Shown here: positions 62,571-64,000 of the stretch, in pieces | How the letters are laid out: each line of letters opens with the position of its first letter | Numbering within the stretch: the first letter of the stretch is position 1 | Origin: Candidatus Aenigmatarchaeota archaeon | GTDB lineage: Archaea; Aenigmatarchaeota; Aenigmatarchaeia; QMZP01; QMZT01 | Length of the DNA: 64,000 nt | Direction of reading: 5' to 3' | Assembly: GCA_963726265.1 (NCBI GenBank) | Contig: CAVSBQ010000002.1 | Location: forward strand, 1-64,000 | The notes under the pieces: model-generated | What the model was told of the DNA's origin: nothing | The model's database searches: none | The model's input: only the letters and a program-made list of their open reading frames with translations | Translations under genes and position numbers: made by a program

Positions 62571-64000
62571 ATGTCGGATGGGTTCTGTTTCAGGAAAGAA
62601 TTTGCAGCCGTCCTTGTGGTATTTTTTTCTCTCGCCATGGTCTCTTCCATCGCGGGCGGAGCCTACGTCCCTTACATAAAATTCGACGCCCCGGTCAAGA
62701 GCGGCAACAACCTGGGCATCTTCGTCAGGAGCCAGCCGCTGGACGTCGATTTCAACCTCAGCTTCGATTATCCGCTGCCGACTGCCAAGGGCGAGTCGCT
62801 CGTGACCGCAACGATAAGCAGCGGGGACAGCGTCATCGCCTCGAAAACCGTCCAGCTCAGGCCTTACCTTGACAAATACAAGATAACGACCAACGGCATC
62901 TACGTTTACAAGCCGATATATTTCAACTTTTCAGTCGACCTCCGCGGCAGGAACGTTTCATACGAGCCCATAATGTTCGACTACAACGTGACGCAGGTTC
63001 TCAGGGAGCCGAAGACGGGCGAGGACGACCAGAGGTGGAAGGTCTGGGGCAGGTCCGTCCAGGACCTGGTGGGCGGCAAGGACATCAACGACAGCTACTG
63101 CTCGGGCCCATGGGATTTCGAGGGCAACGGCAGGGCCCAGGAAACAAGTGCATAAGGCAGGCGGGCTGCGAGTGCAAGCAACAAAGGAACCAACCTACTC
63201 ATGCGTATCATCCAGTAGAATGCTGCTCCGGTTATTGTATGGCCATGTGCGGTTCGAGTGCGTTTAATGATGATTGTGTCAAGGAATTACCAGCCGAGTC
63301 TAATATATGTGACTTGACCCCATCGACGAATCCTCTTTGCTAATAAACTTTGTTGTGTTGAGCAGGGACGTCTCGGCTATTATTGTTTGTATGACGCGAC
63401 TGCTACTCCTACAAAAGGCATATGCGTTGCTGATTATGAACCTAAACTGAATATAGAGAAAGGTGCATGGGACAAGGAAGGCGAGGCATGGACGGCCCCG
63501 CTGCAAAAAAATACGATGCTTTATTTCGAGAACGTGGACAGCCCCTACGTCCCGAACGAACCGGTGCCGGACAAGCAGGTAAGCGTTCCGTGGGCGCCGG
63601 CGCATGCATGGAAATTCGTGACTTATGTTTACCCGACCAGCACAAGAAGCAGCACTCCTAATTTCAGGATATATCCTGACGACGGCGCGAGGATTTTCGT
63701 TTACTGGTTCGACACGTCTTTGGAGAAGGCAAAACGAAAAACTCATGGGTCTACTATTACAACTGGTCGTGCCAGGTGGGCATGTGCCAGAAGGGCGGCT
63801 TCAACAGCTACGGTTGCCCCTTCGAAATGCCGTTCTGAGTCGGCTAACAGGTGGTATAAGCTCGAGATTTACCTTTACAACGACCCTTATGGAAGGACTG
63901 GAGGAGGGGATGAAGACGGAGGGGCGCAGAACCCGCTGGGCCTGAGAATCGAAGACTATCAGGCCCCCCGCAAGTCGCTTCTCGAAGTGCTGGGGACGGG
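62571..64000 (+). CDS. Secreted Cys-rich surface protein, frameshifted, probably continuing past the window end
   Basis: Signal-like N-terminus; Cys-rich fragments in several frames with no clear terminal stop. Confidence 0.5.

Noticed and set aside
1..64000. Frameshifts in many genes as pseudogenisation or programmed frameshifting
   Set aside because: They hit core genes indiscriminately, leave motifs intact and share no slippery site. Sequencing indels explain them better.

Overview
Archaeal chromosomal window, shown by eL40, eS6, RNase P Pop5/Rpp30, DGGGP synthase, archaeal PPAT and an intron-bearing tRNA-Ser. A DPANN-like lineage is plausible but not provable from the sequence. Many conserved genes carry single-base frameshifts (nadA, nadB, thyX, trxB, thiI, AMMECR1, eS6), most likely uncorrected long-read indels. 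Housekeeping content: NAD and CoA genes, ftsZ, glyA, thyX, gdhA, trxA/trxB, a DEAD-box helicase and several transporters. Accessory content: two AbiE type IV TA pairs with palindromic operators, an MNT-HEPN pair, Cys-rich/Ig-repeat surface proteins and AT-rich orphans. Most notable observations: (1) four leaderless PQQ-type beta-propeller paralogs, in two pairs each next to an MFS gene, all ending in four EY hexapeptide units; (2) diverged in-frame copies of the 3' ends of core genes (MFS, pcm, PPAT, glyA) lying downstream, usually after cargo genes, with no integrase in the window; (3) a sigma70 region-2/3.2-like segment inside a DUF4046-like repeat protein; (4) three stand-alone ATP-cone genes around the helicase; (5) a tRNA-Ser with two insertions. 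All family assignments come from motif recognition; no database searches were run.
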